DNA of 64,000 nucleotides from Tubulanus polymorphus (taxonomy: Eukaryota; Animalia; Nemertea), in NCBI RefSeq assembly GCF_964204645.1, contig NC_134026.1:4425950-4489949 (forward strand), read 5' to 3'. How positions within the stretch are numbered: position 1 is the stretch's first letter; every line of letters begins with the position of its first letter. The position numbers and the translations under genes were made by a program. This document shows, in pieces, positions 12,351-27,415 of this stretch. The notes beneath the pieces are model-generated. The model was not told the origin of the DNA. It saw only the letters and a program-made list of their open reading frames with translations, and ran no database searches.

Positions 12351-15300
12351 TCCCTTTTTGTCGAAAATTAACAAAAATATATTTTATAGTAATTTTTAAC
12401 GGTATTTTTCATTTAAAAAAGTCTTTAAAAATCGACCCCAGAAGAATGCAGGAAGGCTACGACAAGTAGGGCATGGGCCTTACATACAACAACAGCACAA
12501 CCCAGCTGTTGTAGCATGAGAGATCTTTGCGAAACTGCCAAAACCCGAATGCCCAAAATATGACCGTTATACATACCGATTCCTGGGTCCCTAATGATTA
12601 TGAAGCTTGTCCATTTCTCTAAAAACGTAGTGAGTAAGGGGTACGCTAAGAGTGGGCCAGTGTGCACGTTTCAGACGAATCGATAAAATAACATAGCGGG
12701 CCTATTTTGTCCATGAAGGCATTATGATCGAAAAGAAAGAAATTCCAACTTAGGGAATCATTGATTTCTAATCGATCTTGTAAATTATTTTTTTTCAAAT
12801 TAACCCTATTCAGGTTAACAGGAGTTGATCTTTCACCCCAGCGTATTCGGTCGTCGTTGTGTGGAAAGCATTTCTGCCTTTTTTAATTCTCTACCTTGGC
12901 CTAGATAACGAGAAGGAGCCAATTTAACGCACTCGAATCAATGCACAGAAATATATGTATTGCCTAATGTATCTTGGTCCAAAAAGCAGATTATTTGTCT
13001 ATCAAATGTGAAGCCTGTTTTTCAAAAAATGTTAACGAACGTTATAATCTTATGTCATCATGCCCTTCTTTTCATGAAGTATATACAATAAATATCACCG
13101 AGAGGAGCGATTTATTTAAAATATCTTTCACGGTTTACGCGATTAACGGTCATTTCTTTGGTTCAACAAAGACTCGAGTCTTGTTCCGTCTAGACTGAAA
13201 ACCGAACCCGATATCACCAAATCGATGGATATAATAACAGCTACTGTCACTCTTACGAAACAGAAGCCGAAAGACTGTATATGAAGATACATGATGCATT
13301 TTTTTATTGTTCCAGTAAGTATGAGCCCCTCGGGAAATACTGGTTGAGGCTTCTTTCCGAATTTTGTTCGCATGATTAGCGCAAAGGCTATCTAGAGAGA
13401 AATGGATATTTTCAAATTGTTCATACGCTTCGAGGAGAAAATGTATCCAAAGGCCGGAACCGATAAAGAAATTGGATAATATAGCAATTAAGTCTTCGTC
13501 AGCCATCCACAAATGAGATACCGATAGAATATACAGGGCTACAGGACCTCCGTCATAATTGAGGCTTAGTATAACCAGACAGCTGATGACCTCAGATGCG
13601 TCGGCGAAATAAATCCTCTTTTCTACGAATTAGAATTTTCTCATCCGATCTCATAGCAGACCTTTAAACATACTGTTAATATATCGGCGTAAAATAATGT
13701 TTGTTATAGTTTCTAGCGATATGAAGAAACCCGCAAGTTGTCTTCGGTCCAATCCCACCACTCAATCTAGAATTGCTAGACGCGTACGAATAGATTTACT
13801 TTGACAGTAATGGCGTCAGTGACTTCCGGTCGTCAACAACAACCAACAACAGCAGTCGAAGTCGGTTTATCCGCTAACGTTGATACCAAGGCGATTCGAA
13901 AATCTATACACATACCGCGTTACAATAGTATCATATTTTGTTGAATGCCATATAAGTTTGAAAAAAGGTGATATGAGACCTATCATATTCTATAAAGCCG
14001 TAGTCATGGTTACAAGTCGTAGCGTCCTGGCGATCGTTTACCGAGATGAATAAAACATGGCACGGTTTAGAATCGATCTAGCGGAATGATCTGATTTCGC
14101 GTATAGACGGTAATGAACGGCACCGATCGATTCGTCGACATCAAAAACAGCATATTCCGCAGTATACTGATAGCGAGAACTGTCTAAAACGAATTACGGT
14201 TAGTGTTACATTGGTCAATTGGGGGCTGGAGTGTTTACATCAAACGTTCTGTCATTGTGCGATGCGGGAATGGGCCCGTGACACGTAAAAATTACAAAAA
14301 AGTGATAAAACGTAGCATTTTATAGTTAGAAATACGAATAAATTCGATATATTCTGTCTGAACTATCCGCCAATTGGCCGAAATACTGTAGACACGTCCA
14401 GTAACATAGTTACAATACACTATTCGTTATTGGGTGATACGAGAGCTGATATCGATTCTTTCCCTGGCGGCGGCGTCTCCTGATTACTGCTGGATATTTA
14501 AACTTCGTGCCTGAAGAGTCATCGTCCAATTACAATTAACTCATAATTATATCTGGAACCATTAACAGAGTGTTGATATAAGTGTGACTCTTGAAATGAC
14601 GATTGAGATTTCTAACAACCGCTAAAAAACTAAATATCCACAGAAGCGAAAACGCTTGTGTTTACAAACTGTCATTTCTCAATAGAAAATAAGGCCATGA
14701 ACTCTCTCTACCTAAGATTCACTTAGTACTTTTCGATTGAATGCCATCATGCAAACTGAAATCCAACAGCTATCATTTGGAAACTCGTGTATAATTAATC
14801 TTTTCATGGTTATATATCCTGAATTACCATGTAAGCCAGACTGGGCAAGAATGAAATGTAAAGTGTATTCTGTTTCATCGATTATACTAAGCAAAAACAA
14901 GCGCAAATGGCATTGGAGTGAAATGGTAAAATAGGAAATGACTCATTCATCGAATGGCAAAAGGGGGGCTGGAGATTTGGAAATGTCAAAACTATGTCCT
15001 ATTCACTTTTCTACTTAACCGAAGGTTATATTTGTGGAATACGAAAATCTCGTGGAAAATGTCATCATTTCTAGATTCTAAATTCTGAGGGTAATTGATT
15101 CACCTTTCGGTTAAAGAGAAAGACACGGATAAAAGACTCTTCTCGTGAGGATACGAGACGCTTAAATCACGCGATGAGAAAAATGAAGACACACCCAGAT
15201 AAATTGCCATACAAATACGAGCGGAATTCGATTTTCTGCAGCGAGGTTTATATGGAAATGCAGGTGGGTCAGGTCAGTGAGTGGGATGTGATCAATTAAA

Positions 15301-16779
15301 TACCGCTGAAGGTATTTCTGCGAAGATATTTGAAACCATTGATACTCATTTATTTTGATCGCCGGTATACGTAATAATATAATAGGTTATATACTTGAAT
15401 CGATGATGTGTGTAAAAGTGAATAATTTGCCTTGAAGCTGTATCACACCCAGTAAACGCATATAGGCATACGTCGTACATATTTCATTCGTAGTAAAATG
15501 AAATGGCGAATGAGTTAGCCCTAGTACCGAAGTTGGCCACTGAATGGCACTCAAGTCGTATTGAAGCCGAAGTTAGGAAAGTGAAGGTGGATTATGACCT
15601 ATCTAATAGACTGTAATTTCCGCATTAATGATGTTTATAATGAACAGAAATCGGATTATATAACTGGAACGCGGTTTGATCTGGTCTATATGAATAGATT
15701 ACAGTACAATCATTAAACTCTATTGATTGTCCATTTGAAGATATAGGTTAGTCAGTAGAGTAAACGACGTCATTAATAAACCAGTGAACTCTCTTCGTCG
15801 TCTCTCTGGTGCTATTCATAGCCTTTCATTTTGTCAGCGAAAGTTTCTTGAGTGGATTCATCCATTCTACGACGGAGTATCTTTAATAATCAAGTCGCGT
15901 TGTGGCTTATAGAATAATTTAATTCAGACGTGCGCCATCTCAATATTTACTTGTAGATTGTTTCGCCTGTCAAGATACGCTCTCCACTTAACACACTTTG
16001 TATCACCTGTCAGACTCCATTACGTGTTTAAACTAATGACTCGGGCCCTGCAATCACACTTTCATTAACTGGTGATAATTTAATTTCGAACGGTCTTCAT
16101 CGTAAAGCAACGCAACAAAACGGTGCCCTTGCGAGATTTATTACGTCGACGACGCTCTACACATTCAATCACATAAATACCACTTATTTTCTTCACCCGG
16201 AAATAAATGGCTCTCAAAGGCGAGCTGAATGGCCAGCGGAAACGTTTCATCAGTCCTTACTCCACAGGAGCTGGAGAGCTTGCAAACAAGTTTCTGACGT
16301 TTTAGACTCGGTCACTGTGCCTCTCGCCAACGCGGTTCGTGTTTCAAGGTCATTGTAAGTTCAAGGCCATTGTAATGTATGACTTTTACCGCCTGTTGCA
16401 CGAAAAGGTCATTCGATATGTTCTGTCTCGCGCAGGATACGAGAACAAGAAAAACTAACTTGAAAGTTTATCGAGGCCTTGACGAATAACACATGCATTG
16501 CGTAATAGTCTTCAGTGAAATAATGGAAATTATATAATATTACGGATAAGTTATTTTGTATTTGAATACATCGGAAATTTAATTTACCGGTGAACAGTCT
16601 AGTCCCGATGTATCGGTGACACGAAGTGCACAACTTCCCAAAACCGAAATCATCAAATCTATCGAAAATAAAAATAGAGTGATGTAATATATGTAATGAC
16701 AAAATAAACGCTTGAATTCACGATTGTAATTAGTGTTTTCATACGCCAATATTGATGACGTAGTGCATATCGACTTATA

Positions 16780-16862
16780 CAGAACTCCTTGAATAACGCA
16801 TACTAGGTATAAATGTTATATATAAACATTATTGTAACGGTTTTTATGGCGTCGAAAAATCA
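16780..16862 (+). mobile_element. Dispersed Tigger-like MITE fragment, copy 1 of 3
   Basis: TA|CAGAACTCCTTGAATAACGC..TATAAACATTATTGTAACGGTTTTTATGGCGTCGAAAA. Homologous to 20882-20938(-) and 29264-29340(+). Confidence 0.6.
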
Positions 16863-19800
16863 TACAAACCACCCAATACTCAAAACCGATTACATTACTA
16901 TAGATATATTCGACAATAAATCGTTCGGTTTTAGTATTTAGTCGTGGCTAAGCTAGGCAGGTATTTATCAAATTCATTTATTCAGTTGCTCTGAAGATTA
17001 ACAAGTCTATATTCCCTGCGTATGAATATGATTTATACGTCCAATCGCCATTGGACGACGTTAAATCACCCGAAGCGCGTAGGAATGGAGAGCAAAGATA
17101 GGGAAAAAAATCGATGCGTCAAATTGATTAAAAATCGAAATGGAATTATCATTCTAATTATAAACGGAGTGAAACAAATGATATACGATGCTCTGAGGGT
17201 TTGGCCAGGTAATGCTGGCAATCGATCTGGATTTTCAGCTCTAGATACATTCATAGATATACAGATATAACGGGCGAGGAACTCGACGCGGTTTTATTTA
17301 GCGAACACGAAATTTCCATATGCACGGGTGGTATTCCCAGGTAGCAAAGTCTATCATATATAATAATGAAATAGAGAAAGGAAGGTGGTAAATACCCTAG
17401 GAACGGATATCAGCAATTGAAATGATAGCTTTCAGTGTCAAATTAAGATCAGACGGAATTACGCGGAATAATTTTCTCCTATTTCGATGGGCCTCGAAAA
17501 TTCATCGAAATGAGACTTCTATTAAGCGCGCGGCGCTCTCTCACCTCAAAGACTTTGCGTATAAATTATACTGATAAACCTGTCGTAAATGGCGTGCGCT
17601 ATCTTTTTAACGATTATTACGTCGGCAACGTTCGCTTCTCTTTCTGTCGCGTCGACGGAAAGCGGTAAAAATCTAATACAAATCTCATATATCGAAACGG
17701 GACCAATTTGTTCGTATCCCGGAGCCATACGGCGGTCACGCTTACGGCTCATTTCGTCCGGAGCCGTCGCGTGTTCCGTCTGCAAACGGAGACAGACGCT
17801 TTCGGATAATATTTCAATAACAATAATCCGGTCCGCCGCAAATGAGGCACTAGGATAAAGTCGTAAACAGAATCAAATTCACGTCATCATAATACACCCG
17901 CAATAACTCACCGGCCTGATTCAATATCATCCACCACGCGACAAGTCTTGCCAATATCACCGATGACCATGAGCAATATTAACTTGTCGTAGTGTTGTTG
18001 CGCGGATAAGTTATATCTGAACCGGTCGCCGTACGCCATACATCCTCATCTCAATTAGGACCGAATCGCGTTTTATGTCCCAGATGACAAGCACTGACAA
18101 AAACAATGATATATACATCATGCGATGTCCCGTTAAAAAAAACGTTATTACAAGTCATGTAACTCATGACGGCACATTGCTTACATCATATTCTAAGCAC
18201 GTTATGGAAGGAAAGTAAGACGGATTTTTTTTTAGAAAATTTTCCGTAGTTTTGTTATCGTTAACAGCACTCACTCACTCGAGCGGAATAGCTCAGCGAC
18301 CTTTACGGAGTGCCTTAACCTTGCTATTGGTTTCGGTGTCTATTCGTAGAAAAACCGATTTTACGAGGCAGAAATCTCAAATTTCTTTTCTTCGTGTTAT
18401 CTTCGATGTATGTACGTGTCTGAAACGTTTGTCTTTGAGTAATTTTCTAGAAAACAGGAGCCTCTATCGAAATATACGTCGAACACCGAAACAATCCTGT
18501 TATCCGTTTCTTCAAACGACAGTGAACATTTTCTGATCGGATTATATCTGCTACTATGCGATTCTTGCTTCAAATTTAATCCGTTCATTGCCCGGGGTTT
18601 GCGTTCTTATTCAGGCGATATTCGATCATTTTACTGCAGTAAAATAGCAACTGTCGAGTGGAAATCGAGACGACAGCGCATCTCTCAGCAGACGCCGTCG
18701 TACATAAATATCACGACGCAATCAGGATGAAGACAAGATCGGACAGCAAACGGACGGAGAAATGGCATTTATGTTGAGACAAGTATCTTCCGGAGATAGA
18801 CGTATCGTGCGGGCGGGATGTTCACCCGAGGAATTTAAAACATGCAATATAGTTTAATCACGAACAGGTTAATAAGGGGAGGCGAGTCAGCGTAATTAAT
18901 TGCTATGGTTTAAAGATTAGTACTCATATTTGGTATATGCCCGTATAGTCAGGTTGTCTTTGTTGAAACTTCACATAATGTAGTTATTGGTTTTAACTAT
19001 TTTTGGCATAAGAGACGGTGGTGATCTGAGTATGCGTCTGCATGGTAAATTTGGAGAACACCAGCCCTGCCCCTACCCTGCCGGAATTTAAGTTTACTAT
19101 AATGATGGAAGGCCTATTAACCTTCTGAACTGAAAATAAGCGTATTTGTAGCTTACCTTATAATGTACCTCGTGACATGGCAACATCTAATCAAAAATCT
19201 GTTCTACTTCTGAAAAATAGAATTATGAATACGTTCAGAATCAGCCTACATCGCGAAGGTGGTTTAAATATTTTACAGCCAAGTTGCCGCGATACGAAAT
19301 TGGAGTATGAAAATTCGCCTGGCTGATACGAGACGCTTTTATGTACTTAAAAGTTGAGCCACTTAACACGATGGCCTGTCGAATAGGAAATAAAGTGTTT
19401 CAAAGAAGAAGATTGAGATTGTAGGATTTCTTTTTCGCTGACGTGCGCCTCGACGTCGTTATCAACATTCGGCGCCTGTATGAAATTACCGGTTGCCACA
19501 TGGGAAGAAAAATTGCTACGTTACGAAAAACGTACGAACTGCATTTATATGGGTACATAATTTCCGAAAATCCACGAATAATACAAAATGACGACGTTCT
19601 ATCTTACAAAGCAACTAAAATGCTGTGACCGAACAAAAGCAACGACATTTGATATTTTCTATTCATCTATTCGCGACAAACATGGTTTTCGGATGTTGAA
19701 ATTCGGTTCATTTATTTCCGAGCGAAATCAGCCCTCTTTCTGCGGTACTTGAAAAACCAACATTGAGAACCGTGCAGCGAACATTTCTAATTAGAGACTT

Positions 19801-20589
19801 TTAAAAATCACTACTGATGCTCAACGAGCGTGGTTAGCGACTAAATAGAATCATTATGTCTACGTCACGTTCCTGTTTTTCATATCAGTTGTTGCAAAAT
19901 AAGCAGGCTACTTAAGCAGCCTTATATGCATAACGATTGTGCACTTTCCATCTTAATTGTAGACCCGTTAAACCCGTCGATGCGATCCACTAAAACAAAA
20001 CGGTTCGTAATTAGGGCTAAAAATGCGCGCGGAATCGATCGAAAGCGTGGCCTTCGTGTGGAATAAATGCGTATCGAAGCGTTTTTTTGCGGCCCGGCGC
20101 TCGGTCCATCAATACGGTGACAGGTCGAATACAGAATCGCTGACATTCAATACAACTTGCGAGCTGAATAACACGCATTTAATGCAAATTTCGACGAGAA
20201 GTTGTCAAACGTATACGTCGCTTTTGAGAGATAAGGCAACCATCCCGGCGTCTTCGTGTGAGTCGTGCAGTTACACTCTCGATAATTGGACTTGCGTGTT
20301 ACCGTATGGTGTTTCTATACTAAAGAACAATTTTCTTAATTAGATGTTTTTCTTCTTCATCCAGCGAAGGCGCGCATGTTGAAATCTTTTTAAGCGAACG
20401 TATGGAATTCGAGCTGCTTCGAATCTCCAGAGATGAGAACATAAAATCGTTTGTAACCAGTTAAAAATTATATCACACGAGTTGGTTTTACATGCATCGC
20501 TGGACAATTAAAGCATTATCATGCCATCTCTGATTCGACCATGCAAATAATTACCCATGACTAAACATCGGATCATTAAGCCAGAATCG

Positions 20590-20634
20590 TCTCTCTCCGT
20601 CTCTCTCTCTCTCTATCTCCCTCTCTCTTCTCCC
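20590..20634 (+). repeat. Degenerate (CT)n microsatellite
   Basis: Interrupted CT run read directly. Confidence 0.9.
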
Positions 20635-20881
20635 ATGCTATCTATTTTACTAATGAGGTAATGATAGATATATCTCTTATAAATGCTCATCGAGCTTCCG
20701 AACGACCGAATCTCGTTCATAAATCACCATCTGCAAAAGATATTTCAATTCGATTACGGCAGAGCGACCTTGCATTATTTGCGTGAATAGGCCTACGCTG
20801 CGTTTGCGTAGGCTACGTACGACGACCAAAGCTGAAATCGAAATTGAAAATCTTTCTCACGCTAACCGCAACAACAATTTT

Positions 20882-20938
20882 TGATTTTTTTTCGACGCCG
20901 TAAAATTGTTTTGACTATGCGTTATTTAAGAGGTGCTG
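20882..20938 (-). mobile_element. Dispersed Tigger-like MITE fragment, copy 2 of 3
   Basis: Reverse complement reads CAGCACCTCTTAAATAACGCATA..TTTTACGGCGTCGAAAAAAATCA, matching the 16780 copy with an internal deletion. Confidence 0.55.
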
Positions 20939-21452
20939 TGCGAGTCAATGCCTACTACGTCATAAACTTTGGCGTTCCAAAACAACAATTACAATTGAGT
21001 ATATTGTCGTTCATTCTTTAATAAATTCAATTCTATGACTCCTATTTTTCATTTGATGAATTTTCGTTTCTTAATGATGGAAACAGAGCCGACGTGCAGT
21101 ACGTCATCAATATTATTACTAGACTGGTTGCCAGTCAATTCAATTCAAAATAACTTTATTCATACTCAATATAATTGTCGACATTATCAAGCAGCAAAAA
21201 TGTTTTTTAAAAGCATCAATAAACGTTCAAGTAAGTTTTCTTGTTTCTTTCTTCCGTGGATTAACTACGGCCGTTTATTTGAATCGGAAAAGAAAGTAAG
21301 GCATGTTTGTGTATGTACAGAAAGGGAGACGTAGTTTCATGGCTGCCTACTACCGAGGAAGGAAGTTATTTTCATCGAGCGAGTATGGAAGATCACTGGC
21401 CGTAGGGAAAGGTCGCTAAGCGGCGGGAAACAGCGTAAACTCTCTGGCAACC

Positions 21453-21515
21453 GAGCAGAAACTACAAATGTCGATACCATATCAAAAAATTGATTTTGTA
21501 GTTTTCTGCTCCATG
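21453..21515. mobile_element. Short foldback, possible degenerate P-like micro-MITE
   Basis: GAGCAGAAACTACAAA / TTTGTAGTTTTCTGCTC inverted repeat (one indel). The right end finishes CCATG like the 6966 element. Left end and TSD not preserved. Confidence 0.4.
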
Positions 21516-24500
21516 GGAATAGAAATTATATATACATGACTAAAATAGCTCGTCATTTATAGAACCGATTTTTCATTGGCTATAACCGTATGAAGTAAAT
21601 CAAACTATATTTGTCCCCAATGTTTTGGCCGCCTCTATAAGATAGGAATATAACTAACAGATTGAAAGATCATCCCGTATCTACGCATTTGCATATTGAA
21701 TTATGCTTGGCTTTCATGAATATTCTATTCTTCGAACACCTATGTCTGCTGGCACGTGAAAGTAATACGGCAACTGCGATATATACGTAAATGCTACCTT
21801 AAATCATCGGAATATAATTTGTCGCCGTCAGCGGGTTGATCCAATTCTCTTGATCAGAAACAAGAAAGAATTAGGATTTCTCCGGTCTTGCCGAAAATCA
21901 ATATGATCTCCGAGCCGTTGATAAGCCGTACTGTCATCCGACTCGTTGTATTTTCCCGTCGACTTTGATCGTGCTGGATTTTTGTTAAATAATGACACTT
22001 AGCGCTCAGCGTCTACGACATGCGATGCAATACACGTAACGCCGCAGTGAAGTCGACAGCGCCTCCTTCGAATGATTAGGGCTACAACGATGAGAGGAAA
22101 TTGAAGAGCAAGGCATGTAACGAAGGACATCTAGCCGCGCTCACAAAAGTGGCTCTTTTTCCGAGATGAACATTCTTTTAGATCTAGATGAACAAAAGAC
22201 GGCATTCCGTTGATTAAAGAATATGTCGGTCGGTGCTACCCCGTACGCCTTACTAGCCTATGAATAAGATATCGTTTCATTCGATATTGTTTTATGCATT
22301 GTCTAACCATCCATGCCTCGAATAAAGCATCTACAAGCAATGGTTAGACTTGCCCATATGTTTCGCGTTAGTGCGACGAGTACTGGTTTTCGTTGTGGCG
22401 ATTGTTCATTCATCTTTGTTATCGTAATGCGGGCACTACTTTAGAGCCGGTACTAAACAATCAAACCCATGGCACACGTGGCAAGTGATAAAACATTCAG
22501 GAATGATAGATTTATTAATGAAGCCGTCTGAATGCTCACGACCGACCGGGGAGACCGACAGAAAAACATCATATATATCAATAGAACAGCCGTTCTCAGG
22601 CACTCTATGGTGAGTCCATCTATACCAGGGACCTTGCTTGGTCAAACCAGTAAAACCACTCTTTTTAAGTATGGCTTCAATTCATTTGTTCCGGAACACC
22701 ACTTCCGGTTGACGGGTGATTGGATCTACATCAACGATTCCGCACCGTATTCTAGAAACGCGTGAAATGGCCACATTTGCATCCGTTGCCCTTTTGTCAC
22801 TCGCAGATCCGTTCATCAGTAATGCATATCGAGAGGAATCGTCTGCCTTAATGAAATCACAGCATATTGATTACGCTAAGCCAGCTATCTATATCAAACA
22901 TATATACCTATTATCGCGTGAGAAGATCGTCTCTCCATTTTACTCGACTAGTCTGAATTCGGATCTGATCGAATTAGCCGGAATTGTACATCGGCGCCAT
23001 CGTCGGAAGTGCATGTCAGATCGAGGAAATCAATCCAAGAAACATATACATAGTAGGCCGGCAACGATCGGATAATGGTTCCCAAGGCTGTATTGATACG
23101 GAGTCCCGATAGGGGACGGATCAAAATATGATGATCATGGCTGTTCATTGATAATATTGTAATGATCGTTGTAACACTAGACTCGAATTCCTTCAACAGC
23201 CGTTCTACAGCCGTTCACATCATTGTCGCGGTGAAGAAGTTCTATATAAACTAAACGTATAGTGACACCGAACGAAGATTCGATTTAAATCGAATTATAT
23301 CTTTCATTTTAGGTTCAAAAGAGCAGCTACAGTTTACTCTATATAGACTAGAATAGAGACAAGGAGTGGTTCTGAGATAAACAGAGTCTTCTCTAGACAG
23401 TCGTCAATAACGTACAGCAAAAAGGAATAGTTTCTGAAAACCACTTGCTCCTCGCAGGCATAATTGTATTTGGTCCGGTCGGACAATTTGCGATATTACC
23501 GCAGAAGGTGACGATGCACATCCGGCGGCCAAGTTTTTCGCGGTGCATTTCTTTCTTTACAAGACGCAATTACGGCTAAACCAATTCGAAATGGCATATG
23601 TACGTCCCTCTAGGACCGCTCGAATGTGTACATACATACACGTCTATAACAATTTGATGGAAATCTCATCATTTTGGCGCCTAGCAGAACCCGAGAATGG
23701 TACCTGATAAGTAGGTTTCGCCCCCGCCAAGACGGCGGCCTGATCACCTGTAGCTTTGGGCAACGTAAATTGTAGGTAACAGCGCCGTGGCAAATTTCTA
23801 TCCACGCTAGATGATCAAAGTAGAAATTGGAGACGAATAATGTATAGATCGTCTGCGGGTTTGAATATTCAACGCGAGACTTTTCCAAGAAACTCGTTAG
23901 AAACGTTATTCACTTCATTTTTATTTGAGCATTTTGACATTTGGGGGCGTTGATCTATTTTCTATTCTTAGATAATTATCTTTACTACTGATGTCGTCAC
24001 GTCAGATGCTTCTCCACGTCGATGTGCCACAGGTATTGTTAGACGATGAAAAATAAAACTCCGAGGAGATATGCCCGTCCACGAAAGACATGCTCGATGA
24101 GAGTGACATTTACACCGACCGATCTGATCAGAAAGTTCTAGTATTACTGGTTACTTGTATGTACTATTTTGCTGGAAATATATCTGTTGCTTTTGACAAC
24201 GTCCGTGGATTCAGCTGACATAGATGGGCTCATTGTAGATTTCGTAATGATTACGAACATGGTCGATTATCGCGATTCTTTTCCGTCAGACCATGTAACT
24301 GCGGAATGAGGAATAGCATTTCGCGTTACGTGGTGGCTATTAAATTTGACTTCTGATGGGAATAAAATGAGCTATATTTAGCGCTAAAGTAACGGCGGAT
24401 CGATGCAATTGCGGCGACGAGAAAATGGATGAATGGTGTAGAGCAAATATGTACAGCCACGCTGAATCTATTTCTTCACCGATACGTGGGCAACGAGAAG

Positions 24501-27244
24501 CTTGAAAACAAGTTTTTTGTTTACCGATCCAACGGCGGGGGATCATTCCATGTTTCCATGTTTCTTTGCCCATTAAAAACCAAGTTGCAAATCTATACAC
24601 ATTATTTCATTCGGTGTCCATTTGTTTTTCGATGAAATCTTACACTATGAAACCTGTTCCACGACGAGCACAGGACAGAAGGGGGGTTGTCCAGAGGATT
24701 TCTCATTTTGAGATGCTATAATCTTTTTTTATGCGGATGAAAACCGATTCATCCTACAACACGTACTACAAAATCGCGCAGATCGGTAATACGTCCAAGT
24801 ACAGATAGATAGATATAGGCTGAGGAAATCATACATGTAGATAATTCGACTAATACTAATATAAATCGGTCCAGAATATCGGTCATATCTCATTAGTCAC
24901 ACGTATCTGATAAGACGTCATGCGAAAGTAAACTCATATTTGATTTCGTGTGTACGCTTGATTCCTCATTAAAGGTTTGCGTACGGAAACCGGTTCTTTG
25001 ATGATGGTTTGCTCACGAATGGATGAAGGCTACCTCATTTGCCCGCGACCGGCTTGATCCACGTCGCCGTCATGCTGTGATCTCACCGATAATTACCGTC
25101 ACTGCGAAATGGGCCGCAGATATCAAGTTAAAACCCTCATAATCAGCAGCCATTAACTGACTAAACGAAGCACAAGCCGAATGATTCATTCCAGGAACGA
25201 CAATGAATACGTGCAGTAGCCTCATGTTTTTGTGGTTGTGTCACCCGTTCGGGCGAATAATGCAGAATAATCCTACATGCACTATAAGTCCGCATTCGTA
25301 GAAATCGTAAAAACAGAATAGGCTACCAAATGCATTTCTTCTTTTTCCAAGGCAGCTAAGATAGGGATCTTATATGGATATTTTTCCAAGGCCAACTTTA
25401 ATGTACGGTACCGCGAGATTAAGAATTTACACACCGAGTCCTTAAAGGCATCCACGCGTTAACTGTACTGATGTAATCGAAAGAAATGTTTCCCCAACTT
25501 CATGCGACAGTGTTCAGAGAAAATTGTAGAACAGGTACCAGTGATGGAAACACGACAATAAGCCACACATCGTTATCCACTTTTTACAAATAACATATAG
25601 CTGATGGAGTTATTGTTTATCTATATTCAATATAGTGACACATGTAATAAAAAGACCTGTATCAATTACTATAACCTGTATCCAGCCCAAAGGTGAACTT
25701 ACAAGTTACTTTACACACATAGAAATTCAGTTTAGTATGAATACCAGTCATAGTTCATTTTATAGTAATAACGTTAGATACTAATTTAGAGAGATTGAAA
25801 GGGCAAAAGAACACCATGCTTTACTTCTTATACGTTATAACACTGATAATAGATTCCAATGTATTTGTTGATCTTTTAAGATTCAAAAAGCAAAATTAAA
25901 TCTTCAGAACCAGTTTACATGATTTTAAGTTTCGACGTTAAAATTCGGTTCCTGGATCGAAATCGAAATGTATCCACTCGTCGGTCGTGTTAATTCTTCC
26001 CATGTGTCCCTCAAAGACATGTTTGCTTTAGCAACAGTTTATTTACAAGCTCTATTTCAGCTAATGCCATGATGGGATACTGAGAAAACAGCGACTCTAT
26101 AAAACATTTCCTCATTTCCAGCAATGAAGTGTTTGATGTGTACACGAAATGTTACACGCGATAGAGTGTGTGCGTTCTGGTATCTCGACGATATCGGCGT
26201 ATTATCATATTGACGCCCTTAACATGGACGACGAAAGTTGCGACTTTCCCCGAGCACGGTCGCAAATTGCCGTCGATTCTCGATGCATACCGCTTACCGA
26301 TCTAAGGATAACGCGCACTAACGATATTTTGTCGTCTCGTGTCAACTTATTTGTCAGCTATAGCGACACTTGAACGACAGAAACTCATCGAATCTGAAGC
26401 CACGGTTTCTTCGTTAACGTGCGCACTAACGGGGCAATTGGCGTACTCAAAAATAATTCAGCGGTTTGCGCTAACAGTGTACGTGCTCTGTACCGTAGGG
26501 CTTGCTGATTCAAATCTTTAAAAAAAAACTACGGCAAGAATATGAAATGATTTGCGTCACAAGGGCAGATATGAATGTACGAAGAGTCACAAACACTGCA
26601 TTAGTTTCAATTTCAAACAATTGAATTTGATTTAAGTCGACGTAGATTTCTGAAACGAGTAAATAGGCGGCCATTACGTGATGAGGGAATATGAATTTTT
26701 CATCACGAATTTGATTCGAACCGTCGTTCGGCTAGCACACGCGTGTTTAACGAGATATGCTGAACAGTGGGCCATTACTTTTCTGCTTTAAAATAATGCC
26801 TGGTGACACTTACGCATAACCTGAATCCGCGAAGCAACATCGGAACTGACAGATCCATAAGTGCGTCGCAAAATGCGATGATAGAAAGAGAGTAACGAAT
26901 CGCACGAAAAGGTGGTCTGGCAGAAGCTTGTCGAGTGAATTCAATTTGTATCTTACCAGCTTCCGGAATTTAACATATTGCGCACTTTTCCGCATACCGC
27001 AGTTCGAACTGAAGGATAAACCTGCGAGAGGACACGCAAACGTAAATTTCATTCTCAATTACGTCGTCACACGCTTATTTAAATCGTTATTCGAGAACCG
27101 AACCAATTTCGATTAAATCTAGTCGAGCTATTGCAGTATTGGCAACGACACATTTTCGATATACATTGAATTAATATCAGTGACTTCTGTTTTGCATTAA
27201 TGTAAGCTTTTATTGAATGAATAGTACGTATATAAAACATGTTG

Positions 27245-27415
27245 AATAAACACCCCAGTTTCGTGTCGATATCGGAAAGAAAACCTATCAACGCCTCGCT
27301 GCTGATAAAAGGACTCAAGCGCCTGCGTTGGAGGAGCTTTAATTGAATCTGTCACCGTTTTTACAACAACATGTAACATCCATGTTTCCGGGAAAGCGCT
27401 CACTTTGCAAGAAAT
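27245..27415 (-). mobile_element. Decayed LINE APE endonuclease N-terminal fragment
   Basis: SCKVSAFPETWM..TDSIKAP..FYQQRGVDR..RHETGVFI (cf. CxhhxFTETWL..D..hxGF..RxDR..GGGVxhY). Confidence 0.55.

Noticed and set aside
12420-12664. Transib-like end (CACACTGG on the minus strand)
   Set aside because: No matching partner TIR or 5-bp TSD found.
13583-13612. CTGATGA..GAAA hammerhead candidate
   Set aside because: Helix II and helix III do not form.
18281-18345. tRNA/SINE-like start GCGGAATAGCTCAGCG
   Set aside because: No B-box and no cloverleaf.
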